Below, one piece after another: positions 50,240-58,419 of a stretch of 64,000 nt of DNA. Origin of the DNA: Betaproteobacteria bacterium (GTDB lineage Bacteria; Pseudomonadota; Gammaproteobacteria; Burkholderiales; WYBJ01); contig WHTS01000004.1 in the NCBI GenBank assembly GCA_009377585.1, positions 11,874-75,873 of the forward strand. Direction: 5' to 3'. Position numbers and translations under genes: made by a program. Position 1 is the stretch's first letter, and every line of letters starts with the position of its first letter. Below the pieces are notes generated by a model that was not told the origin of the DNA, did not search any database, and was given only the letters and a program-made list of their open reading frames with translations.

Positions 50240-51769
50240 GTGCGTGTCGGCATCGTGTCCGCTTTCGTCGACTACCATCGGCGCGGCGCGCACCACCGCG
50301 GCGTGCTGCAACCCCAGGTCGGTCCCCTGCTCGCCGCCTTGCTGCCCGCCGGCGTCGAGGTCGACGTGGTCAACGACGCCTGGACCGACCCCGACTGGGC
50401 GCGGGACTACGATCTGCTGCTGATCTCCTGCCTGCACTCGGACTTCGATCGGGCGCGGCAGATCTCGCACTATTGGCGCCGCCGCGGGGCAAAGACCGTG
50501 CTCGGGGGCATCATGGCGAGCACTTTCCCCGGCGTATGCGCACCCTGGTTCGACGCTATCGTCATCGGCGATCCGGAAGACACGGTGCCGCGTCTGGTCG
50601 ACGATTTCGCCCGCGGCAACCTGCAGCCGGTGTACCGCTCGCGCGGCTACCGTCCGGCTGCCGTGCCCACGCCGAAAGTCGAATTGATGGCCGAGCAGCA
50701 GCTTCTGCCGCTCGGGCTCGAAGCCACCCGCGGCTGCAATTTCGCCTGCGACTTTTGCGCCCTGACCGCCGCCGGCACCCGCTTCGAAACCCGGCCGGCC
50801 GGCCACGTGGTCCGCGATCTGATCGCGATGCGCGCAGCACTCGGTGCGCGCGCGCGCTGGCCGCGCGATGCCATGGTGATCTTCTACGACAACAACATCG
50901 GCGGCAATCCGCGTTATCTCGCCAGCCTCGCGCAGGCGCTCTCGCGCCTGAACATCCGCTGGGGGTCGTGCATCACCTTCAACGCAGCCGACGATGAGCA
51001 GCTCATCGCCACGCTGGCGCGCTCCGGCTGCCGCTATCTCTACGTCGGCCTCGAAAGTTTCAACGCACGCACCTTACGCAGCATGAACAAGCGCCAGAAC
51101 GTGATCGCCCGCACCCACACCATGATCCGGCGCTGTCACCGGCTAGGGATTCTGCTCGATGCCGGCCTCATGCTGAGCCCGCTCGAGGACGACCTCGAGT
51201 ACGTGCGCGCCATCCCCCGCCTGCTGGACGAAAGCGGCTTGAAGGTGCCGAGTTACATCTGTTTCGAGACGCCGATTCCCGGCACGCCGCACTTCCACAA
51301 GCTGGCCGCGTCGAAGACGCCCGCGCTGCTGCCCAATGCGCTGCTGCGCGACTTCAGCACCTACACCCTGGTGACGCGGCCGCGGCATGCGCCGGCAGCG
51401 GAATTCATCGCCGCCTACAAGACGCTCATCGCGGAAGTTTTCGCGCCGGCACGGCGCGCGCGCAAGCTCGCGCACGACGCACGCAGGCTGCTCCCCGACG
51501 GCGGCTGGTTCGCCTGGGCGCTCGATTGCGCCGCGCAGTACTGGAACGCCTACCGGCCCGATCCCGATCGAACCTATCTCGCCGGCAGCGATCGGGCGCC
51601 GCCCGAGGCCGAACGTATCCCGTTCGCTCCGGACGACTTCCGCGACGAGGAGGAGCTCGAGGCCATCATGAAACCCTGGGCCGTAGCCGATTGCAACGGA
51701 TTCGTATTGCCGCAGTGGCTCGGCGCGACACCGGCTCATGAGCGCAAGCGCCGGGCGTCGGTCGCCTGA
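50240..51769 (+). CDS. Radical SAM protein with N-terminal B12-binding-like domain
   Basis: KTVLGGIMAS, IGDPE; EATRGCNFACDFC (CxxxCxxC); FYDNN, YVGLES, TPIPGTP. Confidence 0.88.
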   Translation: MRVGIVSAFVDYHRRGAHHRGVLQPQVGPLLAALLPAGVEVDVVNDAWTDPDWARDYDLLLISCLHSDFDRARQISHYWRRRGAKTVLGGIMASTFPGVCAPWFDAIVIGDPEDTVPRLVDDFARGNLQPVYRSRGYRPAAVPTPKVELMAEQQLLPLGLEATRGCNFACDFCALTAAGTRFETRPAGHVVRDLIAMRAALGARARWPRDAMVIFYDNNIGGNPRYLASLAQALSRLNIRWGSCITFNAADDEQLIATLARSGCRYLYVGLESFNARTLRSMNKRQNVIARTHTMIRRCHRLGILLDAGLMLSPLEDDLEYVRAIPRLLDESGLKVPSYICFETPIPGTPHFHKLAASKTPALLPNALLRDFSTYTLVTRPRHAPAAEFIAAYKTLIAEVFAPARRARKLAHDARRLLPDGGWFAWALDCAAQYWNAYRPDPDRTYLAGSDRAPPEAERIPFAPDDFRDEEELEAIMKPWAVADCNGFVLPQWLGATPAHERKRRASVA

Positions 51770-51866
51770 GCTAGCCCGGATATTTCACCGGGCCGGCTCG
51801 GAACGGGACCAATGCCCTGCGTAAAGAAATGCTTATCGAGCGTTCCCTATTTCATGTCACGCTCGT

Positions 51867-51903
51867 CCCTCACCCTCAACCCCTCTCCCGGGGGGAGAGG
51901 GGA
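51867..51903. repeat. CCCTCTCCC/GGGAGAGGG REP element
   Basis: CCCTCACCCTCAACCCCTCTCCC...GGGAGAGGGGA, same family as 27402, 31460, 57303. Confidence 0.8.
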
Positions 51904-52034
51904 GCGTCGCGTCCGTATTGGACTGTCGTCCAATACGGAACGATCAATAAGAAGTGATTGTCAGTTCCAACTTGTACGTCGGCCTGCACGGGCGCTGGCG
52001 GCTCGATGAAATGTCCGGGCTGGACGGCGATCGA

Positions 52035-52982
52035 TCATGTTTTCACTTCGTTCAGCAGCGGGTGTGCGTCGCGCAGCCGCCGGCAGTTCTCGATCGCGAC
52101 GTCGAGGCTGCGCGCGAGCGTTTCCGCTGTGAGCCACGCCACGTGCGGCGTCATCACCACGTTGTCGAGTCGTGCGAGCGCGAGCCCGGCGCCGGCCGGC
52201 TCGACCGCCAGCACATCCACGCCCGCCGCGCGCAGCCGCCCCGACTGCAGCGCCTGCACCAGGGCCGCCTCATCGACCAGACCGCCGCGGGCCGTGTTCA
52301 CGAGCACCGCGCCGGGCTTCATGCGCGCAAGGGCGGCTGCGTCGATCATGCGCTCTGTTTCCGGGGTGAGCGGCACGTGCAGCGATACGATGTCGGCTGC
52401 AGCCAGCAGCTGCGGCAGCGCGAGGAATTCGCCGCCGGCTTCGGCCTTGCGGCTTCGGGCGGTGTACAACACACTGGCACCGAGGGCCTGCAATACGGGC
52501 GCGAGCCGCCGTGGCACCTCGCCGTAGCCGATCAATCCGACCGTGCGGCCCGCGATCTCGCCGACCGGGTCGAGGTTTTCCGGCGGCAGCGTCCAGCCCC
52601 GGCATTCGCGCGTGGCGCGATCGAGCAAGGGAATGCGGCGCAGCGCCGCCAGCATGAGCGCCAGCGTCATCTCGGCCACCGCCTGGCTGTTGGTCCCGGG
52701 CATGTTGGCGACGGCGATGCCACGAGCGCGCGCGGCGTCGAGATCGATCGTGTTCACGCCGACCCCGATCTTCTGGATCAGGCGCAGCCGCGGCGCGGCC
52801 GCGATCATCGCCGCGCTGACCGGCGTCAGCACGTGCAGGAGCACTTCGGCATCCAGCATCTCGCGGCGAAAGGCGGCTTCGTCGGCTTCGTCGACGATTG
52901 CAACCTCCAACCAATCGGGCGCAGCGGCGAGCAGCTGCTGCCGAAATGCCGGGCTCGCGCGAAAGTGCAGCACCGCCTTCAT
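52035..52982 (-). CDS. D-isomer-specific 2-hydroxyacid dehydrogenase
   Basis: GVGVNTID, NMPGTNSQAVAE, GLIGYG, LHVPLTPET, NTARGGLVDE, DVLAVEP, TPHVAW; ATGA overlap with the enolase. Confidence 0.92.
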   Translation of the reverse strand: MKAVLHFRASPAFRQQLLAAAPDWLEVAIVDEADEAAFRREMLDAEVLLHVLTPVSAAMIAAAPRLRLIQKIGVGVNTIDLDAARARGIAVANMPGTNSQAVAEMTLALMLAALRRIPLLDRATRECRGWTLPPENLDPVGEIAGRTVGLIGYGEVPRRLAPVLQALGASVLYTARSRKAEAGGEFLALPQLLAAADIVSLHVPLTPETERMIDAAALARMKPGAVLVNTARGGLVDEAALVQALQSGRLRAAGVDVLAVEPAGAGLALARLDNVVMTPHVAWLTAETLARSLDVAIENCRRLRDAHPLLNEVKT

Positions 52983-54268
52983 GGCGTTCGCTCGCGCGGC
53001 GCGAGGACGCTACGTCCGGCATAACGGGCGGCCGGGCCGAGCGCCTGTTCGATGCGCAGGCCCTCGTTCCACTTCGCCATGCGCTCGGAGCGAGCAAACG
53101 ATCCGACCTTGAGCTGGCCGCAGTTCCAGCCCACCGCCAGATGCACGATGCTGGCATCTTCGGTTTCGCCCGAGCGCGCCGACACGATCGTTGCGAAACC
53201 GTGCGCCCGCGCGGCCACCAACGCTTGCTTCGTTTCGGTGATGGTTCCGGCCTGGTTGGGCTTGAGCAGCACGGCGTTGCACGCGCCCGCCCGGGCCGCT
53301 TGTGCGATGCGCTCGGCGTTGGTCACCAAGTAGTCGTCGCCGATGATCTGCACGCTCGCACCGGCCGCGCGCGTGAAGGCTTGCATGCCGGTTGCGTCGT
53401 CTTCCGCCACCGGGTCCTCGATGGAAACGATCGGATAACGTGCGAGCCACGCCAAAAGCTGGTCGAGCCATTCGCCGCTATCCAGCTCGCGCCCTTCCAG
53501 CCCCAGCCGATAGCGGCCGTCATGGCCGAATTCGGATGCGGCGATGTCGAGCGCGATGGCGACCTCGCCGTTGCGGTAGCCCGCGGCCTCGATCGATTGC
53601 GCCAGGGCCGCCAGCGCCTCCTCGTTGGAATCGAACTGCGGCCACCAACCGCCCTCGTCGGCCACGCCAGCCCGGCGCCCTCGCCGTTCCATCCAGACAC
53701 CGGCGTGGCGATAGACTTCGGCGCACATCACCAGCGCCTCGTCGAACGATGCGGCGCCCACGGGCATTACGAGGAAATCCTGGATGTCGACACGGCGGCC
53801 GGCGTGCGCGCCGCCGCCGAAGATCTGGATCTGCGGCAGCGGCAGCGTGACCTCGCCGTCGCTCGCGAGATAGCGCCACAACGGCTGCCCGGCCCCAGCG
53901 GCAGCCGCCTGCAGCACCGCGCACGAGGTCGCGATCGTCGCGTTGCCGCCCAGGCGCGCCTTGTTCGGCGTCGCATCGAGCGCGACGAGCACCCGGTCAA
54001 CGCCTTCCTGGTCCAAGGCGTCCAGTCCCTGCAGCGCCGGCGCAATCGTGGTGTTCACGTTCCGCAATGCGTGCGAGACGCCGAATCCTCCCAACGCCTC
54101 GCCGCCGTCGCGCAGATCGACCGCTTCGTGCGTGCCGCGGGAGGCCCCGGCCGGCGCCATGCCGCGGCCGCGTGCGCCGCATGCCAGCGCCACCTCCACC
54201 TCGACCGTGGGCCGCCCACGCGAGTCCCAGATCCGGCGGGCCGTGACCTGCTCGATTCTCGTGCTCAT
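52979..54268 (-). CDS. eno: Enolase paralogue with altered active-site residues
   Basis: DSRGRPTVEVEV, GASRG, GGAHA, DEGG, LDIAASEF, SIEDP, GDD, KPNQ, RSGETED, QLKVG, RSERMAKWN; QDF replaces QEF and SARSG replaces SHRSG. Confidence 0.88.
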   Translation of the reverse strand: MSTRIEQVTARRIWDSRGRPTVEVEVALACGARGRGMAPAGASRGTHEAVDLRDGGEALGGFGVSHALRNVNTTIAPALQGLDALDQEGVDRVLVALDATPNKARLGGNATIATSCAVLQAAAAGAGQPLWRYLASDGEVTLPLPQIQIFGGGAHAGRRVDIQDFLVMPVGAASFDEALVMCAEVYRHAGVWMERRGRRAGVADEGGWWPQFDSNEEALAALAQSIEAAGYRNGEVAIALDIAASEFGHDGRYRLGLEGRELDSGEWLDQLLAWLARYPIVSIEDPVAEDDATGMQAFTRAAGASVQIIGDDYLVTNAERIAQAARAGACNAVLLKPNQAGTITETKQALVAARAHGFATIVSARSGETEDASIVHLAVGWNCGQLKVGSFARSERMAKWNEGLRIEQALGPAARYAGRSVLAPRERTP

Positions 54269-55332
54269 GCTGCGCTACGCTCGGCCCAAAGTTCGCGGAT
54301 GGCACCGAGCCGCCCCACCGGATCGACCAACAACCCGCACGCAAACGTTCGCACCCGCGCGCGCTGCGCCTCGTCCGTCAGGTACTCCACCGGCGATTTG
54401 CCATCCACCCGCGCCAGCAGCATGCCGGCAAGCAATCGACAGGCGCGCGCTTCCAGGGCTGCCGGCGGCTCCCACGCCACGCCGGCGACATAGGACGCGA
54501 CGAACGTATCGAAGCAAGCCAGATAATCGGCGCGGTGCGCCGGACGCCACAGGCACTTCAACAGCAGGTGCGTCAGGCAGAACGCCGCGTCGAATGCCGG
54601 ATCGCCGTACCACGCGCATTCCGCATCCAGCAGCACAGGCCCGGCGGGTCCGACCAGGATGTTCTTCGGGCTCACGTCGCCGTGCACCAGTGCCAGTCGC
54701 GTCGCCGCGGTGGTCTCGATCAGCGCCAACAGCGCCGGCGCACAATCGGGATTGGTTTCGGCGGCCGCGGCGAAATAGGCAGACAGGCGCAGGGCGCGAA
54801 ACGCCGTGTCGTCGGCGAATCGATGCGCGATGTCGGCACGGCCCGCGGTCGCGGCCTGGATGTGCACCAGGGTTGCAGCAACCGCCGCAGCCGTGTCGGT
54901 GCGCACGCAGCCGTCGCGCAGCTGCTGCTTCCATACCGGGTAGGTCTCGGGCGGCAGATAGTGCATCGCGAACGCGCGAGCGAGCGGATCTTCGCCCAGA
55001 ATCTGCGGAACCGCTGCGGGTGCCGTTTGGGCGGCGACCCGGATCCAGGCAACTTCGGCGGCGTTGCGCTCGACCGGCGCGAACCAGGCGGCAGCCACCT
55101 TCAGGCGCGGCAGCGCGCGCTTGACGCACACGGGCCCGCGCGCAGTATCAGCGCGCACGATCCTGGACGAGACACCGCCCTCCAACTCGGTCAGTTGGGG
55201 CAACTCGTGCGCATCGACCAGCCCCATGCGCTTGAGCGACGCCACGAATTCGACGCCATCGTCCGCACGCTCCGCCGGCTTCTGCGCAACGCTATCGCGC
55301 GACTGAGCGTCCGGTCGATCACGCATCTCCAT
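54265..55332 (-). CDS. APH/choline-kinase-fold phosphotransferase (methylthioribose-kinase-like)
   Basis: LEGGVSS, VCVKRALPRLKV, LVHGDVSPKNILV, LLDAECAWYGDPAFD; stop overlaps the enolase start. Confidence 0.85.
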   Translation of the reverse strand: MEMRDRPDAQSRDSVAQKPAERADDGVEFVASLKRMGLVDAHELPQLTELEGGVSSRIVRADTARGPVCVKRALPRLKVAAAWFAPVERNAAEVAWIRVAAQTAPAAVPQILGEDPLARAFAMHYLPPETYPVWKQQLRDGCVRTDTAAAVAATLVHIQAATAGRADIAHRFADDTAFRALRLSAYFAAAAETNPDCAPALLALIETTAATRLALVHGDVSPKNILVGPAGPVLLDAECAWYGDPAFDAAFCLTHLLLKCLWRPAHRADYLACFDTFVASYVAGVAWEPPAALEARACRLLAGMLLARVDGKSPVEYLTDEAQRARVRTFACGLLVDPVGRLGAIRELWAERSAA

Positions 55333-55400
55333 GGTCCCGTCTCAGAAGCTACGCCCCTCTGAAGTAGATAACACACAGACGATTCGAGCAAGATCGGAGC

Positions 55401-55454
55401 GAAAATGGGGACGCACACACTTTCCGCAGCGAAATTGTGTGCGTCCCCATTTTC
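55401..55454. repeat. Long inverted repeat (MITE/REP-like)
   Basis: Perfect 18-19-bp arms GAAAATGGGGACGCACAC / GTGTGCGTCCCCATTTTC with an inner mini-hairpin. Confidence 0.8.
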
Positions 55455-55487
55455 CCGCGCGCCAGTACGCCGGGCGGACGGCGAAAG

Positions 55488-55522
55488 CAAAAAGTCCCTT
55501 GACCCGCGAGGACCAAGGGACT
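55488..55522 (-). terminator. Intrinsic terminator after the ThDP-enzyme gene
   Basis: Minus strand AGTCCCTTG-12 nt-CAAGGGACT followed by TTTT, 20 bp after the stop. Confidence 0.65.
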
Positions 55523-55541
55523 CTTGTCGGCGCAGCAGGTC

Positions 55542-57197
55542 TTACTCGTCGCGGCCGTAGTGGATGCGCCGGTAGGGGATGCTCGGCACGGTACGCGAGA
55601 TGCGCACGTCGATCACCATGGGGCCGGGCTTGGCGACCCATTCTTTCACCGCCGTGCGCAGCTGGTCGTTGTGCGTCACCAGCGATCCACGCCCGCCCAT
55701 CGCGACCGCCACCGCGCCCAGATCGGGCGTCGGAATGACCGAGGTCATGGCATCCATCTTCTTCGCATCGAGCTTGTAATACTCGGCGCCAAGACACTGG
55801 TTGTTCATGACCACCACCAGCAACGGCATCTTGTAGCGCACCGCCGTCTCGAACTCGGCCAGGTGCATGAGGTAGCTCGCATCGCCGTCGATCAAGCACA
55901 GCGGCGTGTAGTCGGAGGCGACGATCGCACCCATCGCCGCCGGCAGCATCTGGCCGATGCAACCGAAGAAATGGCCCGCCTGCGTGATGGCGCGCGGACG
56001 CGTCATCAGCATGCTCGAAATGCCCGAGGTCATGCCGCTGCCGGAGAGCACGCCGATGCTCGGCGGCAGCAGCTCTTCCAGCGCGATCATCGATTCGCGC
56101 GGGTCCACCGTGCCCGGATCGATCGGAAACTCGGTCCGATCGGCGTTGTGGTTCGCGAGCTTGTTCTTTACGTCGGGCGTGCGATAGCCGATGTTCTTGT
56201 GCGACTTCTCGGCCAGCAGCTTCTCCAGCGCCTCGACCGCGATGCGCGCATCCGACTGGATGTAGAGGTCGGAGAACTTGCCGTTGGCCATCGCCACGTG
56301 CTGCTGGTTGTCGATCTGAACGTACTTGGCGTTCGGATACAGATAGCCGTTTTCGAGCGTGTGGCGGTTCAGGCTCGCGCCCACGCCGATCACCACGTCG
56401 GCCTCTTCCAGCAGCTTCATCGCCGGGCGGGTTGCGTACAGGCCGGAAATGCCGGCGTGATATTCGGTCTGATCGGAGAGATAAGTCTTGGCCAGGAGCG
56501 ACGTTGCGATTAGGGCGCCGATGCGCTCGCCGAGCTTGAGCACGGCGGGGCCGGCTCCGGCCCATTGCGCGCCGCGCCCCACGATGATCACGGGGTGCTT
56601 GGCGGAAGCGATGAGATCGGCCGCACGCTCCAATTCCTTCGCGTCGGGCATTACCGTGCGCGCTTTGAACAGCTCCGACGTCGGCTGATACGGCTCGTCG
56701 GCATCCTCGAATTCCTTCTGCTGGATGTCCATCGGACAGCTCAGCATAATGGGACGGCGCTCGAGCTTGGCCAGATAGAACGCCTTGCGCACGCAGTCGT
56801 CGGTCTGCTCGGGGTTCTGCAGTCGCACGAAGCCGGCCTCGCACGCCTCGGCGAAGCGCGACTGGTCGAGGTATTGCGTGTACTCGGGATCGCTCCACGG
56901 ATATTCACCGCAGAACGCGACCACCGGCGAGTGCGCACGCGCGGCAGTGACGAACGCCGTGGCAAGCTGGGTCGTGCCCGGGCCGCAGGTGGCCGTCGCG
57001 ACGCCAGGTTTGTTGGCCGTGCGGGCGAAGCCGTCGGCCATTCCGAGCCCCGCGCCCTCGTGCCGCACCTCGTGCACCTTGACGCCGATCTTGTGCAGCT
57101 CGGAAATCCAGAACATGTTGCCGTCGCCCATCATGCCGAAGGTCGACGTGACGCCTTCGCCTTTGAATGCATGAGCCAGCCGCTGGTAGACCTTCAT
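55542..57197 (-). CDS. Thiamine-diphosphate-dependent enzyme (acetolactate synthase-like superfamily)
   Basis: FGMMGDGN, VRHEGAGLGMADG, TCGPG, IVGRGA, DGDASYLM...VVMNN. Confidence 0.9.
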   Translation of the reverse strand: MKVYQRLAHAFKGEGVTSTFGMMGDGNMFWISELHKIGVKVHEVRHEGAGLGMADGFARTANKPGVATATCGPGTTQLATAFVTAARAHSPVVAFCGEYPWSDPEYTQYLDQSRFAEACEAGFVRLQNPEQTDDCVRKAFYLAKLERRPIMLSCPMDIQQKEFEDADEPYQPTSELFKARTVMPDAKELERAADLIASAKHPVIIVGRGAQWAGAGPAVLKLGERIGALIATSLLAKTYLSDQTEYHAGISGLYATRPAMKLLEEADVVIGVGASLNRHTLENGYLYPNAKYVQIDNQQHVAMANGKFSDLYIQSDARIAVEALEKLLAEKSHKNIGYRTPDVKNKLANHNADRTEFPIDPGTVDPRESMIALEELLPPSIGVLSGSGMTSGISSMLMTRPRAITQAGHFFGCIGQMLPAAMGAIVASDYTPLCLIDGDASYLMHLAEFETAVRYKMPLLVVVMNNQCLGAEYYKLDAKKMDAMTSVIPTPDLGAVAVAMGGRGSLVTHNDQLRTAVKEWVAKPGPMVIDVRISRTVPSIPYRRIHYGRDE

Positions 57198-57229
57198 GAT
57201 TGCCCGCCCTCCGTGAAATGTGAAATCGA

Positions 57230-57378
57230 TTGTGCTTGTCTTCCCTCTCCCTTTGGGAGAGGGATCGAGGGTGAGGGAAATTATGCGCGATGCCGAAGAC
57301 TTCCCTCACCCCCAACCCCTCTCCCGGAGGGAGAGGGGAGCGTATTGCGGAAAGCGGCTTGTCAGCCACTTTCCGGAT
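57230..57378. repeat. REP doublet (inward-facing pair) plus second hairpin
   Basis: Arms at 57230-57279 and 57303-57340; CGGAAAGCGGC..GCCACTTTCCG hairpin at 57346-57378. Confidence 0.85.
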
Positions 57379-57380
57379 CG

Positions 57381-57851
57381 TCAATGAGCCGTCCCGACGC
57401 TCGCACAACGCGCCGCAAGCTGCTCCGAGAATTCCTTCGTCATGCGCTTCACCACCATGGAAGCGCCGGTTTCGATGAGCGACGCCAGCCGTCCGCTGAT
57501 CTCGACCTGAGCCTGGATGTCGATCGTTGAACCGGCCGCATCGCCTTCCCGGCCCTGAACCTTGAAGCCCATGGTGGTGTGAAAGCGCGCCCCGCCCTGA
57601 TTGTCCTTGCCCCTGGAGATCACCTTGCCGCTCATGCTCGGAGGGTCGTATTCGATCTCGACCTTGGCACGGAACGCGACCTTGGCCGGGCCGAACTTGA
57701 CCGTGATGCCGGCATCGTAGCTGCCGTCTTCGTGCTGGTCGCCGAGCGATGCGCCCGAGACGCATTCGACGACCGCGCGCGGATCGGACAGCAGCGACCA
57801 GACGGTCTTCGGATCCGAGGCTACCTCGATGGTCTCGCTGACTTCTATCAT
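57381..57851 (-). CDS. SRPBCC/CoxG-like ligand-binding protein
   Basis: VWSLLSDP..V.ECV.GA, G.ITVKFGP, ISGRLASL....A..V.KRMTKEF. Confidence 0.82.
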   Translation of the reverse strand: MIEVSETIEVASDPKTVWSLLSDPRAVVECVSGASLGDQHEDGSYDAGITVKFGPAKVAFRAKVEIEYDPPSMSGKVISRGKDNQGGARFHTTMGFKVQGREGDAAGSTIDIQAQVEISGRLASLIETGASMVVKRMTKEFSEQLAARCASVGTAH

Positions 57852-58031
57852 GACGGGGACAGCTCCGAACGGGAACGGGTGAAAAACGCACTGCGAAACG
57901 CACTGCGCTTGATCGCGCGATTGTAGCGGAGCGGCGCGGTTTTCACCCGCTTTCCGCGTGGCGATTCAGCCCGGATGTTCACGATGTGGTCGTTCGCGGC
58001 AAGCCCTCGCTGAAATCCGAACGGGCTGACT

Positions 58032-58337
58032 TGCAACTTCGATCCGTGGGATTCGATCTTCGAAGGCAACCCGCAGCGCATCCTCGAGCGGCGCGAAGCG
58101 GTGAGCCTGCCGCCGCTGCTCATCATGCAAGGCGAGCTGGACGACAACGTGCTGCCCGCTTTCCAGGAGAAATTCGCCGCGGCTTATCGTGCTGCCGGCG
58201 GCGAGTGCCAACTCGACATTTTCGCGGGCTGCGGCCACATCTGGGTCGCCGATCCGGGCCCGCAAACCGATCGCGCGCACGAAATGGTGAAAGCCTTCAT
58301 CGCGCGTAACCTGCGAGCGCTGCAACTCGCCGCGTAA
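58032..58337 (+). pseudogene. C-terminal remnant of an alpha/beta hydrolase (esterase/lipase-like)
   Basis: EGNPQRILER.E.V.LPPLLIMQGELDDNV, FAAAYRAAGG, GCGHIW; in-frame TGA at 58011; no nucleophile elbow and no good start/RBS. Confidence 0.65.
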
Positions 58338-58352
58338 CGCGCTTCACGAAGC

Positions 58353-58388
58353 TTCCCTCTCCCCCCGGGAGAGGGAAGACAACCATAC
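58353..58388. repeat. CCCTCTCCC/GGGAGAGGG REP element
   Basis: TTCCCTCTCCCCCCGGGAGAGGGAAGACAACCATAC shares its flank GAAGACAA.CATAC with the 27542-27590 copy. Confidence 0.78.
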
Positions 58389-58419
58389 CGCACGCAACGC
58401 ACCGGCGCAGCCGCAAGTG

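Noticed and set aside
57381-57851. Evidence for CO dehydrogenase
   Set aside because: CoxG-like SRPBCC domains are widespread, and no coxMSL or molybdo-hydroxylase genes are adjacent.
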